A stretch of DNA of 64,000 nucleotides from Mobula hypostoma (taxonomy: Eukaryota), in contig NC_086097.1 of assembly GCF_963921235.1 (NCBI RefSeq), forward strand, positions 144,834,001 to 144,898,000, read 5' to 3'. Made by a program: the position numbers and the translations under genes. Positions 38,608 through 51,000 of the stretch are shown in pieces. The notes beneath the pieces were generated by a model that saw nothing but the letters and a program-made list of their open reading frames with translations, was not told the origin of the DNA and did not search any database. Every line of letters starts with the position of its first letter. The first letter of the stretch is position 1.

Positions 38608-38820
38608 GACACACAAAATGCTGGAGGAACTCAACAGGTCAGGTAGCATCTATGGAGGGGAAAATAGAATCAACCGGAAAGGAAGGGGGAAGAAGCTATG
38701 ATATAACGAGGGAGGAGGAGAAGGAGTACAAGCTGGCAGCTGATAGGTGAGACCAGATGAGGGGAAAGGTGGGTGGGTTGGTGGGGAATGAAGTAAGAAA
38801 CTGGAGATAATAGATTGTAA
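38608..38820 (-). mobile_element. Penelope-like pLTR fragment
   Basis: ACACACAAAATGCTGGAGGAACTCAACAGGTCAGGTAGCATCTATGG followed by a purine-rich pLTR body. Confidence 0.7.
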
Positions 38821-39504
38821 TACAACAAGCATATTTGTAATATTTTCATGTAATGGCAGTATGAGTGAAGAAAGGGTTATTGAAGTCATATTACAACAGC
38901 TAATCTGACTGGAGGAAATGAAACTAGGAGATGGATATCAACAGAGGAGTGAGAAGCCAAAAAGCAAAGCTGGATCTGTGAAATGCGAACACAGCAGTAG
39001 CTGAAATCTCTCAGCCAATACCACACAGAATGCTATTCAGCTGTTTTCATCTTCACCTATCACAGATACTCCTTTTGTTTTCTCCTTCCTTCTGCTCACT
39101 CTGGTTTCTAATATTTTCTTGTTCTGCCTGAAAGTTCATTGACCTGAAACACAAATCCAGATTCATTCTTCACACAGATTGCCTGATCTGCAAAGTACTG
39201 CCAGCATTTTCTGGTCATGTTCCGAATAATGACAATGGGCACCCCTTAAAAGGGGAGGTGCATTGTGGCTTAACCAGGTACTGCCAGTCCTGCAGGATAT
39301 GAATCTCAGTTTGGAGACAATAAGAAATAATGGAATATGATGGGAGTTGAGCCTAAAATATTCCAGGTACTGTACTTGAGGTCTTGATGGAAAAGAAAGT
39401 GTATTGCAACTTGTTTTCATTATAGATTTAGTTACCTCAGTTGCCTTACAAGTTTTTCATTTGTGAATACAAATTCCACTGTGGCAAATTTAGTCACTAG
39501 ATCT

Positions 39505-39860
39505 TTAGAAATAGAAGCAGCAGAAGGTCATATTGCAACTCAATCCTAGTCTATCATTAAATAATGCCATGGCTGAACTATTAGCTCAAGTTTGCATTCC
39601 CACCATATCTCCATAATCCTTGATTTCCCTGGTGTCCCAATATTTATCGATCTCAGTTTTCAAATATGCTGAACCATTAAATATCCATATCCCCCCAGAG
39701 GAGAGAATGCCAAAGATTTACAGCACTCTCAGTAAAGACATTTCTCTTCATCTCAGTCATAAATAACTGACCCTTTACCCTCTGCTTTTAGAGCCTTCAA
39801 CCTGATGGAACGTGTACCCTGTCAAACTTTCTCAGAATCATAAGTATTTCAATAAGATTT
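39505..39860 (-). mobile_element. Old CR1 3' fragment
   Basis: Resembles 6891-7270 (AGAAGCAGCAGAAGGTCAT.., TTTCTCTTCATCTCAGTC). Confidence 0.6.
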
Positions 39861-40254
39861 TTTTCTATTGCACAATTTGATTAGGACAATATTACTGTCT
39901 CTTTGCAGAAAATCCATTTCAATAAATTGAATTGCAATAAGTTTTGGAGTTTTTCATTGAAAAATAAGTTTTCCATGATTGCATTGTGTTTCTTTGGATC
40001 TATTGTGAATGCCTGCAAGAAAATAAATCTCAGAGTAGTAGATGATCACAAACATTTTTTGATAATAATTTACTTTGAACTTTGAACTTTTAACTTTGAC
40101 TAGTTAATGATTAGCTCCAGAAAGAAAATGGCATTAAAATCTGTAAGTTTATTGTAAAACTTAGTTATTTAAGAAATAAGGCAAAAAGCTGTCTGGCCAC
40201 AGTGGACACTGCCACATTCAATAAGGTCACAGCTGATCTGCCCCATTTTCTGCC

Positions 40255-40800
40255 ATATTTAGGCTGAATTTAGTGTTATGTGCAGTTCTGGTCAACTAGC
40301 TACCTATAAGTAAAATATCAACAAGCTTGAAAGAGGGCAGAGAAAATTTACAAAGGATGTTGCTGGGACTTGAGGACCTGAGTAATATGGAAAGATTGAA
40401 TAGGTTAGAGTTTTATTGTCTGAACCATAGGGGAATGAGGGGATAGCTTATAGAAATATACAAAATTATGAGTGGGATAGATAGTGCTGCATTTCTCCCT
40501 TCATATTGGGTGAGACTAGAATTAGAGGTCAGAGGTTGAAGGAGAAAGGTAAAATATTTAAGGGGAATCTGAGGGGAAACCTCTTCACTCAAAGGGTGGT
40601 GCAAGTGTGGAATGAGCTGCCGGCAGAAATGGTAGATTTACATTCAATTGTAACACTTACAAGAAGTTTGGGTAGGTACGTGGATGTGAGGGTTTTGGAG
40701 TGATATGGTCCAAGTACAGGTAGAGGGGACTAGGCAGAAGAACAGAGCAGCATGGATTAAATGGGATGAAGGGCATTTATCTCCACTGTAGTATTCAATT
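40255..40800 (+). mobile_element. CR1 3' fragment
   Basis: GETRIRGQRLKEKGKIFKGNLRGNLFTQRVVQVWNELP. Confidence 0.85.
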
Positions 40801-40860
40801 ATTAGATGACTCTATTTCCATATCCTTTGATTTCTATAAAAATATTGTGGTCTATGAACC

Positions 40861-41680
40861 AACATACATCAAAGTTGCTGGTGAACGCAGCAGGCCAAGC
40901 AGCATCTGTAGGAAGAGGTGCAGTCGACGTTTCAGGCCGAGACCCTTCGTCAAGATTAACTGAAGGAAGAGTGAGTAAGGGATTTGAAAGTTGGAGGGGG
41001 AGGGGGAGATCCAAAATGATAGGAGAAGACAGGAGGGGGAGGGATAGAGCCGAGAGCTGGACAGGTGATAGGCAAAAGGGGATACGAGAGGATCATGGGA
41101 CAGGAGGTCCGGGAAGAAAGACAAGGAAGGGGGAGTGACCCAGAGGATGGGCAAGAGGTATATTCAGAGGGACAGAGGGAGAAAAGGGAGAGTGAGAGAA
41201 AGAATGTGTGCATAAAAATGAGTAACAGATGGGGTGCGAGGGGGAGGTGGGGCCTTCACATTCTGACATGTCTATCCACGGCCTCCTCTACTGTAAAGAT
41301 GAAGCCACACTCAAGTTGGAGGAACAACACCTTATATTCCGTCTGGGTAGCCTCCAACCTGATGGCATGAACATCGACTTCTCTAACTTCCGCTCGGACC
41401 TCCTGTCCCATGATCCTCTCGTATCCCCTTTTGCCTATCACCTGTCCAGCTCTCGGCTCTATCCCTCCCCCTCCTGTCTTCTCCTATCATTTTGGATCTC
41501 CCCCTCCCCCTCCAACTTTCAAATCCCTTACTCACTCTTCCTTCAGTTAGTCCTGACGAAGGGTCTCGGCCTGAAACGTCGACTGCACCTCTTCCTACAG
41601 ATGCTGCTTGGCCTGCTGCGTTCACCAGCAACTTTGATGTATGTTGCTTGAATTGCCAGAATCTGCAGAATTCCTGTTGT
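40861..41680 (+). mobile_element. Young Penelope-like insertion: inverted pLTR, GIY-YIG C-terminus, pLTR and tail, with TSD
   Basis: TSD TTGTGGTCTATGAACC at 40845-40860 and 41681-41696. 252-bp inverted arms at 40860-41111 and 41395-41646. Peptide SHSDMSIHGLLYCKDEATLKLEEQHLIFRLGSLQPDGMNIDFSNFR. Confidence 0.93.
41549..41584 (+). ncRNA. Minimal type I hammerhead ribozyme with intact catalytic core
   Basis: Helix I AGTC/GACT, core CTGACGA, helix II AGG/CCT, then GAAA-C-GTC. Predicted cleavage after C41580. Palindromic ACGT in place of helix III. Confidence 0.85.
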
Positions 41681-41819
41681 TTGTGGTCTATGAACCTCTG
41701 TTTTGAATGAACTCAGTGACTGGCCTTTCACAGGTATGGACTTCCAAAAGCTCATCACTTATTGGTTGGAACATTTCTCTTCATTTCAATCCCTTTACTT
41801 TGAGACTGTGTTTGGAGGG

Positions 41820-42790
41820 CTTGAAACACATAAAGATGAATAAGTCCCTGGTGCCGAACCCTGTGTACCCTAGATTATTAAGAGATGTAAAGCTTGACAA
41901 TGCTGGAGCTTTGGCAGAGCATTTTGCATCTTAGTTTGCCACCGGTGAGGTATCAAAAGACTTGAAGATAGATAGTATTGTGCCTTTATTTAAGAAAGGC
42001 TGCATTGATATGCCAGAGAGCTACAAGCTGGTGAACCTCTCAACAGTGGTGGAAAGGTTATTGGAAGGGATCCTGATGAACAGGACTTGTTTGCCTTTGG
42101 GAAGGCAGGAAATGATTAGGAATAGTCCATATGGCTTTAAACATGGGAAATCAAATCTAACACATTTGACTGAGTTTTCTGAAGAGGTCGCCATGGTGAT
42201 TGATGTGAAGAGGGCGGTAGGCATTGCCTACCTGGACTTTAGCAACACCATTGACAAGCTGCAAGATAGGCTGGTACGTGATGTTAGGATACATGGGAGC
42301 CAGGGTGAGCTGTCCAATTGAACACAACATTGGTTTGGTGATAGGTGATAGGAGATAGAGGGTGGTTTTTCAGACTGGAGACCTGTGACCAGCAATGTTT
42401 TGCATAGATTGGTCTTGGGTCCTTACTTATTTATCAGATATATTATTAATATAGATGTGGTACGATCAGTAAGTTTGCAGTGACACCAAAATTGTTGGTA
42501 TAGTGGACAATGAAGAAGGTTGGCAAAGGTTAAAATAGAATATAGACCATCTGGAAAAGTGGCCAAGGGAATAGCAGATAGAATTTTACTCTTGAAAAAT
42601 CTGAAGAGATAAATTTTGGGAAGATTTTGGAAGGACAAACACAAAGAAAGTGATGTTCTAAAGCTTGAGGTTTAGGGCGAGAAGGAAAAGTTTCAAGAGG
42701 TACCTGACAGGTAAAACAAACTGTCAAAGGAGGAGGTGAAGTCAGAACAGTGAATGTAAGAGGCATGGGTACAGGTACTTAAATGAACAC
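41820..42790 (+). mobile_element. Degenerate CR1 RT fragment
   Basis: IVPLFKKG..YKLVNLSTVV..YGFKHGKSNLTHL..YLDFSNTIDK. Confidence 0.85.
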
Positions 42791-42810
42791 AACGTAGAAG
42801 GATATATAAC

Positions 42811-43880
42811 TAGAATAAGATTCAAGATATAGTTACAGATATATGTTATGAAATTAGTGCAAGACATAAACAGTGTTATAAGTTACAAAAAAATAAATAC
42901 AACAAATCGTGCAAAGCATGAATAATGAGATAGTGTTGATGAGTTCATGGATATTTCAGAAATCTGATGGCAGAAGAAAGAACTTATCTTCTTAAGCCAT
43001 TGCTCCAACAGGGCATAGTAGCTCACCAGAGTCCTCTGTCCTGGACTTTCACTTTATCTCCAGATGTAGCCACCTTCTTCTTGTATTATTTCTCTCCCAG
43101 GGATGGTTTCTGTTGGCACTTCTGTAGCATTGGGTTGTTATGGAATGGTGTTGCTAGCTCCATATCCAACCCTCCTTCTTTTGCAGCTGGGCTTAGGACT
43201 GTCCATGATGGAGTTCAGGGGGAAGAAGCTGTTCTTATAATGTTGAGTGTGAGTCTCCAGGCTTCTTTCCTTCCTCCCCGATGGCGCTAGCACAATGAGG
43301 TTACTTCCTGTATCATGAAGGTCCTTAGTGATGGATGCTGTCTTCTTGAGCCACCCCCTTCTTAAAAATGTCCTTGGTGTTGGGAAGGGTGGTGACGTGA
43401 CAGAACTGGTTTAATCCACAACACTCTGCAGCCTCTGTTCTGTGTTTTGGAGCCCCCATATCAGTCTGTGATATAACCAATCAGTCTGCAGTGATTTTGT
43501 ACATCTGTAAAAATTTGCAAATGTCTTTTGTGACTTATCAAATCCCCTCATACTTCTAATAAATTATAACTGCTAGTTGGCCTTCTTCTTGATTGCATCA
43601 ATGAGTTTGGCCCAAAACAGATACCCTGAGATGCTGACTGCCAGGAACTTGAAGGTTTCCACCATTGACCCCTCAATGAGGAAGTGTGTGTGTCATCCTG
43701 ACTTCTCCTTCCTGAAGTCCACAATCAGTTCCTTGATCTTGCTGACACTGAATGCAAGCATGTTGATACGACACAATCCAATCTATTTCATTTCTGTGTG
43801 CCTCCTTGTCGCTATCTGAGATTCTGCCAGCAATTGTCATTGTTGAATTTACAGATTGTGGTTTCAGCTATGCCGAGCCA
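42811..43880 (-). mobile_element. Rex1/Babar LINE 3' part (resumes at about 47402-47790 after the CR1 insertion)
   Basis: Collinear with 24900-25820. GCCA is present at both junctions. Confidence 0.8.
42985..43217 (-). mobile_element. Short non-autonomous retroposon, probably RTE-derived, inserted in Rex1
   Basis: Interrupts the Rex1 motif ATGGCAGA/GGGGAAGAAGCTGTTC. The TTGCTAGCTCCATATCCAACCCTCC block resembles RTE 5' UTRs, from memory. Confidence 0.45.
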
Positions 43881-46800
43881 TAAGAATGTAAGAAGCAGAA
43901 CTCACAATTTTCCAGCTGTGTTCTGACAATTTCTTATAAAACCTCAGCATTACATCCTTCTTTTTGCTTTCTAGTCCTCTCGAAATGAATGCTAACATTG
44001 CATTTGCCTTTCTTACCGTCAACTCAACTGGCAAGATAAGTGTATGACTATGCATTTCCCGACATTATATTCCATCTGCCATTTCATTGCCCATTCCCCT
44101 AATCTTTCTAATTCCTTCTGCAGATAACCTACTTCCTCAACACTGCTTGCCTCTCCACCTATCTTCAGATCACCCACAAACTTGGCCACAAAGCCATCAA
44201 TTCCTTCATCCAAATCATTGACATACAATATGAAAAGAAGTGATCCCAACACTGACTCATGTGGCAAAACACTAGTTACTGGCAGCCAACTAGAAAAGGC
44301 CCACTTTATTCCACCACTTTGCAGTCTGCCAGTCACCCAATCTTCTATCCTTTCCTGTAATACCATCGGCTCTGATTTGTTAAGCAGCTTCATGTGCCCT
44401 TGTCAAATGTCTTCTAAAAATCCAAATATACAGCATCCACTCAGTCTCCTTTGTCTATCTTGCATGTGATTTCCTCAGAGAATTCCAACAGATTATTATC
44501 AGGCAAGATTTCCCCTTCAGAAAACCATGCTGAAGTCAGGCTAATTGGACTATAATTTCCTTTCTCCTGTCCCTCTCCCTTCTGGAAGAATAAAATGACA
44601 TTTGCAATTTTCCAGAACTCTGAAACCATTCCAGAACCTAGTGATTCTTGAAAGATCACCACTAATGCCTCTGTAATCTCTTCAACTACCTATTCCAGAA
44701 ACCTGGGGTAATGCTCATCTGGTAAAGGTGACGTATCTACCTTCAGGAGTTCAACTCCCCATGCATCTACTCCTTAATATTAGCAATACCCATTTCTGCC
44801 CCTTGACACTCTCAAATTTCTGCAAATGTCTTCCACAGCCAAGACTGATGCAAAATGCTTATTACATTTGTCCAATATTTCCTTGCACCCCATTAATACT
44901 TCTCCAGTATGATTTTCCAGTAGTCTGATACCCACTCTCGTCTCCCTTTAACTCTTTATATACCTGAAAAAGAAGTTTTTTTTATCCTCTTTTATATTAT
45001 TGGCCAGCTTCCCTGCATATTTCCTTTTTTCTCTCTTTATAGCCTTCTTAGTTGCCTTCTGTTGGTTTTTAAAAGCTTCCCAATTCTTACCTTCCCACTA
45101 GTTTTTGAAATATTGTGTGCCCTCTCATTTGCACTATACTGTCTTTGACTTCACTTGTCAGCAACGGTTTTCTCATCCTCCCTGTAGATTACTTCATCTT
45201 TGGGATGTATCTATCCTCCACCTTCCATATTGTCCACAGAAACACCAGGCATTGCCGTTCTGCCATCATCCCTGCTAATGTCCCCTTCCAAATGACTTTG
45301 GCCAGCTCCTCTTTCATGCCACTGTAATTCCCTTTACTCCACTGTAATATTGATACTTCCAATTTTAGTTTCTCTTTCTCAAACTGTAGGGTGAATTCTA
45401 TCACTGTCTGCTAAAGGTTCCCAGACATTAAGCTTCTTAATCAAATCTAAATCATTGCATAGCACACAATCTAGAATTGTCATTCCCCTAGTGGGCTCAA
45501 GCATAAGCTTTCTAAAGAGCCATATCGTAAGCATGCTACAAATTCCCTCTCTTGGGATTCAGCACCAACCTAATTTCCCAATTTACCTGCATATTGAAAT
45601 CCCCCATGACTATTGTAACATTACCCTTTTGACGTGCCTTTTTTATCTCCCATTGTAATTTGAAGTTCGCATCCTGGCTATTTTTCAAAGCTCTGTAGAT
45701 AACTCCCATCAGGGTCTTTTCACCCTTGCAGTTTCTTAACTTTACCCACAAGGATTCTACATCTTCCAATCCTATGCCACCCCTTTCTAAGGATTTGATT
45801 TCATTTTTTACCAGTGGAGCCACCCACCCCTTTTGCTTACCTGCCTGTCCTTTTGAGACAAGGTGAATCTTTGGATGTTAAGCTCCCAACTATGATCTTC
45901 TTTCAGTCACGACTCAGAGAAGCCCACAAACTACCAATTTCTAATTGCACCTCAAGAGCATCTACCTTATTCCAAAAACAAATATAACACCTTCAGTCCT
46001 ATATTCATCATCCTCTTTGATTTTGACAGCCTATTACAATTTAACTCATCCCACTGACTGCAATTTTGCCCTATTATTTGCCTGTCATTCTTCAATGTCT
46101 CACTACACCTCTGTATGTATACCAGCTGCCCCATCCTCAACCCTATCACTCTGGTTCCCATCCCCCTGCCAAACTGATTTAAACGCTCCCTCACAGCTCT
46201 AGCAGACTTGCCTTCAAGGATATTGGCACCTCCCTTCACCCCCCCCCCACCACCCTCAGGTGCAACCTAAACTTTTTATACAGATCATATCTTCCACAGG
46301 AGAGGTCCAAATGATCCTGAAATCCGAAGCCCAGCTCCTGCACCAATTTCTCAGACGTGGTTCATCGGCCAAATCATCCTATTCTTGCCTTCACTTGCAC
46401 ATGGATCAAGCAGCAATCCAGAGGTTACTCCACTGAAGGTTCTGCTTTTCAGCTTTCTGCCTAGAGTAACGCCCTATGTTCTCTCTTCAGGACTTCCTCC
46501 CTTTTCCTACCTATGTTGTTGGTACCAATGTGCACCATGACTTCCAGCAGTTAACCTTCCCCCTCTAGAATGCTGTGGACCCAATCCAAGAGATCCCTGA
46601 CCCAGGAGGCAACATACCATCTGGGTGTCTCTTTCATGTGCACAGAATCTGCTTTCTTCTCCTCTAATTATGGAACCCCCTATCACTACTACACTCTTCT
46701 TCTCCCTATTTAACCTGAGCCACAGAGCCAGACTCAGTACCAGACACCCTGTCACTGTGGCTTCCCCCGGTAGGCAATACCAACACCGCGCCCCCCCCCC

Positions 46801-47330
46801 CACCAAAAGTATTCAATGCAGTGTAATTATTATCAAGGGGTATGTCCACAAGGATACTTTGCACTATCTGCCTTTTCCTTTTCTCTCGTGACAGTCTCCC
46901 AGGGACCTGCCTCCTGCAACTTAGGGGTGACTACCTCCCTGTAGCTCCTATCTATCACTTCCTCAATCTCCTGTAAGAGCTGAAAGTCACTGAGCCACAG
47001 CTCCAGTTCCTTAACACGGTCTCTACGTTGCTGCAGCTCGATACCCTTCATGCAGATGTATTTATCAGGGAGATTGGAGGTCTCCCAAATTTCCCACATC
47101 TCGCACAGGAAAATACCACTAACTCTGGATCCATTCTCAGCGTATTAGCTATGTACTAAGAAAAAATTTATTAAAAACTTTCTTACTGACTTACTTATAA
47201 CCTCCGCCTGTGCTCGTTGAAGCCTATTCTCACCTAAGCCTGTTGAGTCAAAGCCGCGCCACTCCAACAACGTCCGCTTCGCTTACACCTCTGTTCCTTT
47301 CATTGGCCCCTTGCTGACAACAAGTTGAAA
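43881..47330 (-). mobile_element. Near full-length degenerate CR1 (5' UTR, ORF1, ORF2; internal deletions)
   Basis: ORF1 MWEIWETSNLPDKYICMK..LQ..RDRVKELE and VVVIGGSIIRG. ORF2 VMGDFN, MIEFTLQFEKEK, SVLGSLLFILYVNDLD. Confidence 0.9.
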
Positions 47331-48656
47331 GCTCTCAAGTTCTTTTTAAATCTCGCACTGCATCACCAATGAATGATGTCTCATGCTGATCTCAGCCTGC
47401 TGCCACACAGTCATAAGTCTGGAGAGAGTAGAGCAGTGGGCAAAACACATGTCCTTGAGGTGTGCCTGTGTTCAGTGAAAAAAAAGGTATTAGTATTGAC
47501 TGTGGTTTCCAGATACAGAAAGTGATGATCCAGTTGCAGAGGGAAAAACAGAGGCCCAGATTTTGAATCTTGTTGATTAGTTCTGAGTCAATGATGGTAT
47601 TGAATATCGAGCTGCAATCAAGAAGCAGCAGCCTGAGATATGGCTTGCTGTTGTCTACCTGCTCAAAGCAGATTGGAGAACCAGTGCAATTGTTTCCACT
47701 GCAGACTAGTTGTGGTGATAGGTGATTTGCAGAAGGTCCAGGTCCTTGTTCAGGTAGGAGTTAATTCCAATCACGACCTATGCAATATGTGGAGTTGTGT
47801 GTTTCATAATAAACTCTCTGAGGTATTCCGATGTGGCAGATTTGTCAAACTCATGTTCGCCCAGCCTTGAAAACCTAGTGATTAAATGCCATGCATTCTA
47901 TTTATCTAGGGAGTTCTCATCCATCATCCTCACTGGAGTTTACCTACCTCTTGAGGTACTCCGCGATGCCATCACCAAACAAGAAACAGTCCATCCCAAC
48001 GCATTCCAAATTAGAGGCTAAAGAGCAAGGCTCCAGAGATAAGAACAAAGAGGTAACCGTGGGAGGCCGAGGAGTGGCCATGAGATTCCTTCAAATTGGT
48101 GGAGTCGGCTGTATTCAGGACACAGGTGGATCTGAATGAATACACCAAGGCTGTCATTGACTTTATAATGACAGTTGTAGATGACTGTGTCCCCACAAGA
48201 TCATTCGGAGATTCCCCAACTAGGAGCCCTGGATGAACCATGAGATCCATAATCTGCTGAGGACAAAATCAGAGATATTCAAGTCTGGTGACCAAGAAAG
48301 TTGTAAGCGGTCCAGGTACGATCTCTGGAAAGCCAGCTCACAGGTGAAGAGGCAGCTCCAGACTAAACTTAAATCAATGAATGATGCTTGACAGTTGTGG
48401 CAGGACTTGAATGCTATCACCACTTATAAGGTACAATCAAGCATCATAGGTGACAATAAGGCTTCCCTTCCAGATAAGATAAATGCCTTCTATGCTCACT
48501 TTGACCATCAAAACACAGAGGAACCTTCACAAACTCCCACAGACCCCAATGATCCTGTGATTTCAGACTCTGAGGCCAAAGGGTGAGCTTCCTTCAGGAT
48601 GTTGAACCCACGAAAAGTATCACCCCAGGCAAGGTTCATGGCCAAGTACTGTTGCT

Positions 48657-50265
48657 CATAAGAACATAAGAAATAGGTGCAGGAGTAGGCCATCTGGCCC
48701 ATCAAGCCTGCTCCACTATTCAGTAAGGTCATGGCTGATCTAGCCATGGACTCATCTCCACCTACCTGCCTTTTCCACATAACCCTTAATTCCCCTACTA
48801 TGCAAAAATCTATCCAACCCTGTCTTAAATATATTTACAGAGGAGCCTCCACTATTTCATTGGGAAGATAATTCCGCAGATTCACCGCTCTTTTGGAAAA
48901 GCAGTTCTTCCTCATCTCCATCCTAAATTTACTCCCCCCGAATCTTGAGGCTATGTCCATCAGTTCTAGTCTCACTATCAGTAGAAACAACTTTCCTGCC
49001 TCTATCTCATCTTTTAAAGGCATCCGTTAGTCTTGCGAGACCATGGATCTGCGCCTGGAAAGTCTTCACTCTCCAGGGCGCAGACCTGGGCAAGGTTGTA
49101 TGGAAGACCGGCAGTTGCCCATGCTGCAAGTCTCCCCTCTCCATGACACCGATGTTGTCCAAGGGAAGGGCAAGGGCCGATACAGCTTGGCACCAGTGTC
49201 CTCGCAGAGCACTGTGTGGTTAAGTGCCTTGCTCAAGGACACAACATGCTGCCTCGGCTGGGGCTCGAACTCACAACCTTCAGGTCGCTAGTCAAATGCC
49301 TTAACCACTTGGCTACGTGCCCAAGTGGTTATCTATCCCTTTAATAATCATATATGTTTTTATAAGATCTCCACCCATCCTTCTGAATTCCAGCAAGTAC
49401 GGTCCCAGGTGACTCAATCTCTCCTCATTGTCTAGCTCCCTCATCTCTGGAATCAACCAGCTGAACCTGCTCTGCGCCACCTCCAAAGCCAGTATACCAT
49501 TCCTCAAGTATGGAGACCAGAACTGCATGCAGTACTCCAGATGCAGCCTCACCAGTACCCTATATAAAGGCAGCATAATCTCCCTGCTCTTGTTCAATCC
49601 CTCTAGCAATGAAGGGCAGCATTCTATTTGCCTTCTTGATAGCTTGCTGCACCTGCAAACCAACTTTTTGCGATTCGTGCACAAGCACTCCCAAGTCCCT
49701 CTTCACAGCAGCATGCTGCAATCTTTTACCATTTAAATAATAATCTGATCTTCCATTTTACCTTCCAAAGTGGCTGACCTCCCATTTACCAACATTGTAT
49801 GTACTCCATCTGCCAACCCTTGCCCACTCACTTAACCTATCTATATCTCTCTGCAGACTCTGCATATCCTCTGCACAATTTGCTTTTCCACTCAATTTAG
49901 GGTCATTAACACACTTAGACACATTGCACTTGGGCCCCTCTTCTGGACTGTTAATGTATATCTCGAACAGTTGCAGGCCCAGCACTGACCCTGTGGCACA
50001 CCACTCACCTCTGAATGCCAACCATAGAAACACCTATTTATCCCATCTCTCTGCTTTCCCATTTCTCTATCCATGATAATACATCACCCCCAACTCTATG
50101 CATCCTTATCTTATGGATAAGTCTTTTATGTGGCACCTTATTGAATGCCTTCTGGAAATCCAAGTAAATAACGTCCATCTGTTCCTCTCTATCTGCTGCA
50201 CTTGCTATCTGCTCAAAGAACTCCAGTAAGTTTGTCAAACAAGACTTGCTCTTGCTGGGTCCATA
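48657..50265 (-). mobile_element. CR1 LINE 3' half
   Basis: (CATAAGAA)n tail at 48657. KSCLTNLLEFFE..YLDFQKAFNKVPHKRL, GSVLGLQLF, HLEYCMQFWSPY. Confidence 0.92.
49015..49322 (-). mobile_element. Young tRNA-derived CORE-type SINE
   Basis: Minus strand: A box TAGCCAAGTGG, B box GAGTTCGAGCC, CORE-like TGTGTCCTTGAGCAAGGCACTTAACC. Flanked by TCATCT/TTATCT in the host CR1. Confidence 0.8.
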
Positions 50266-50469
50266 CTGCGTCTGCCTGATGGCTGGAGTGTTCATTGAGA
50301 TCGTGAACCTCTTGCCTCGGCAGTCTGAGGTACCCACCTGCTTCAAGCAGGCTTCAATTATACTGATCCCTATGCAAAACGTGGTAGCCTGCCTCAGTGA
50401 CAATCATCCAGTAGCACGTACTGTGATGAAGTATTTTGACTCCTGCCTGAGAAGTGACGTGGATCTAAA

Positions 50470-51000
50470 GAGCAACACACGCTAAATGCTAGAGGAACTC
50501 AGCAGGCCAGGCAGCATCCATAAAAAGAGTACAGTCGACATTTCAGGCCAAAATGCTTTGGCAGGGGTGGAGAGCATTCCTGGAAGTTAGTGAAATCGAT
50601 GTTCATGCCATCAGGTTGGAGGCTCCCCAAACGGAATATAAGGTGGTGTTCCTCCAACCTAAGTGTGGCCTCATCACAACAGTGGAGAAGGCCATGGATA
50701 TACATATCAAATTTGGAATAGGAAGTGGAATTAAAATAGGTGGCCACTGGAAGATCCTGCTTTTTCTAGCAGATGGAGAGTAGGTGTTCGGTGAAGTGGT
50801 CTCCCAATCTATGTCAGGTCTCACCGATATACTGGAGGCCACACCGGGAGCACCGAACACAATATATGACCCCAACAGACTCACAGGTTAAGTATTGACT
50901 CACCTGGAAGGATTGTTTAGGGCCCCGAGTGGTAGTAAGGAAGGAGGTGTAAGGGCAGGTGTAGCACTTGTTCCGCTTGCAAGGATAAGTGCCAGGAAGG
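50470..51000 (-). mobile_element. Penelope-like element, GIY-YIG endonuclease region and terminal arm
   Basis: PGTYPCKRNKCYTCPY..TCESVGVIYCVRCSRCGLQYIGET and LEEHHLIFRLGSLQPDGMNIDF. Confidence 0.92.

Larger units (their letters stand above)
47795..50465 (+). mobile_element. Rex1/Babar LINE fragment split by a CR1 (48657-50265)
   Basis: LENLVIKCHAFYLSREFSSII and WQDLNAITTYK. Resumes as MAGVFIEIVNL..VPTCFKQASII. Confidence 0.8.

Noticed and set aside
40766..41758. Mirror-image ORF pairs with near-identical peptides
   Set aside because: They are a by-product of the 252-bp inverted repeat. Only the GIY-YIG C-terminal stretch is real coding remnant.
49250..49322. tRNA gene (also the heads at 14760, 17149 and 53741)
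   Set aside because: The A/B boxes run straight into SINE bodies and tails, so these are SINE heads.
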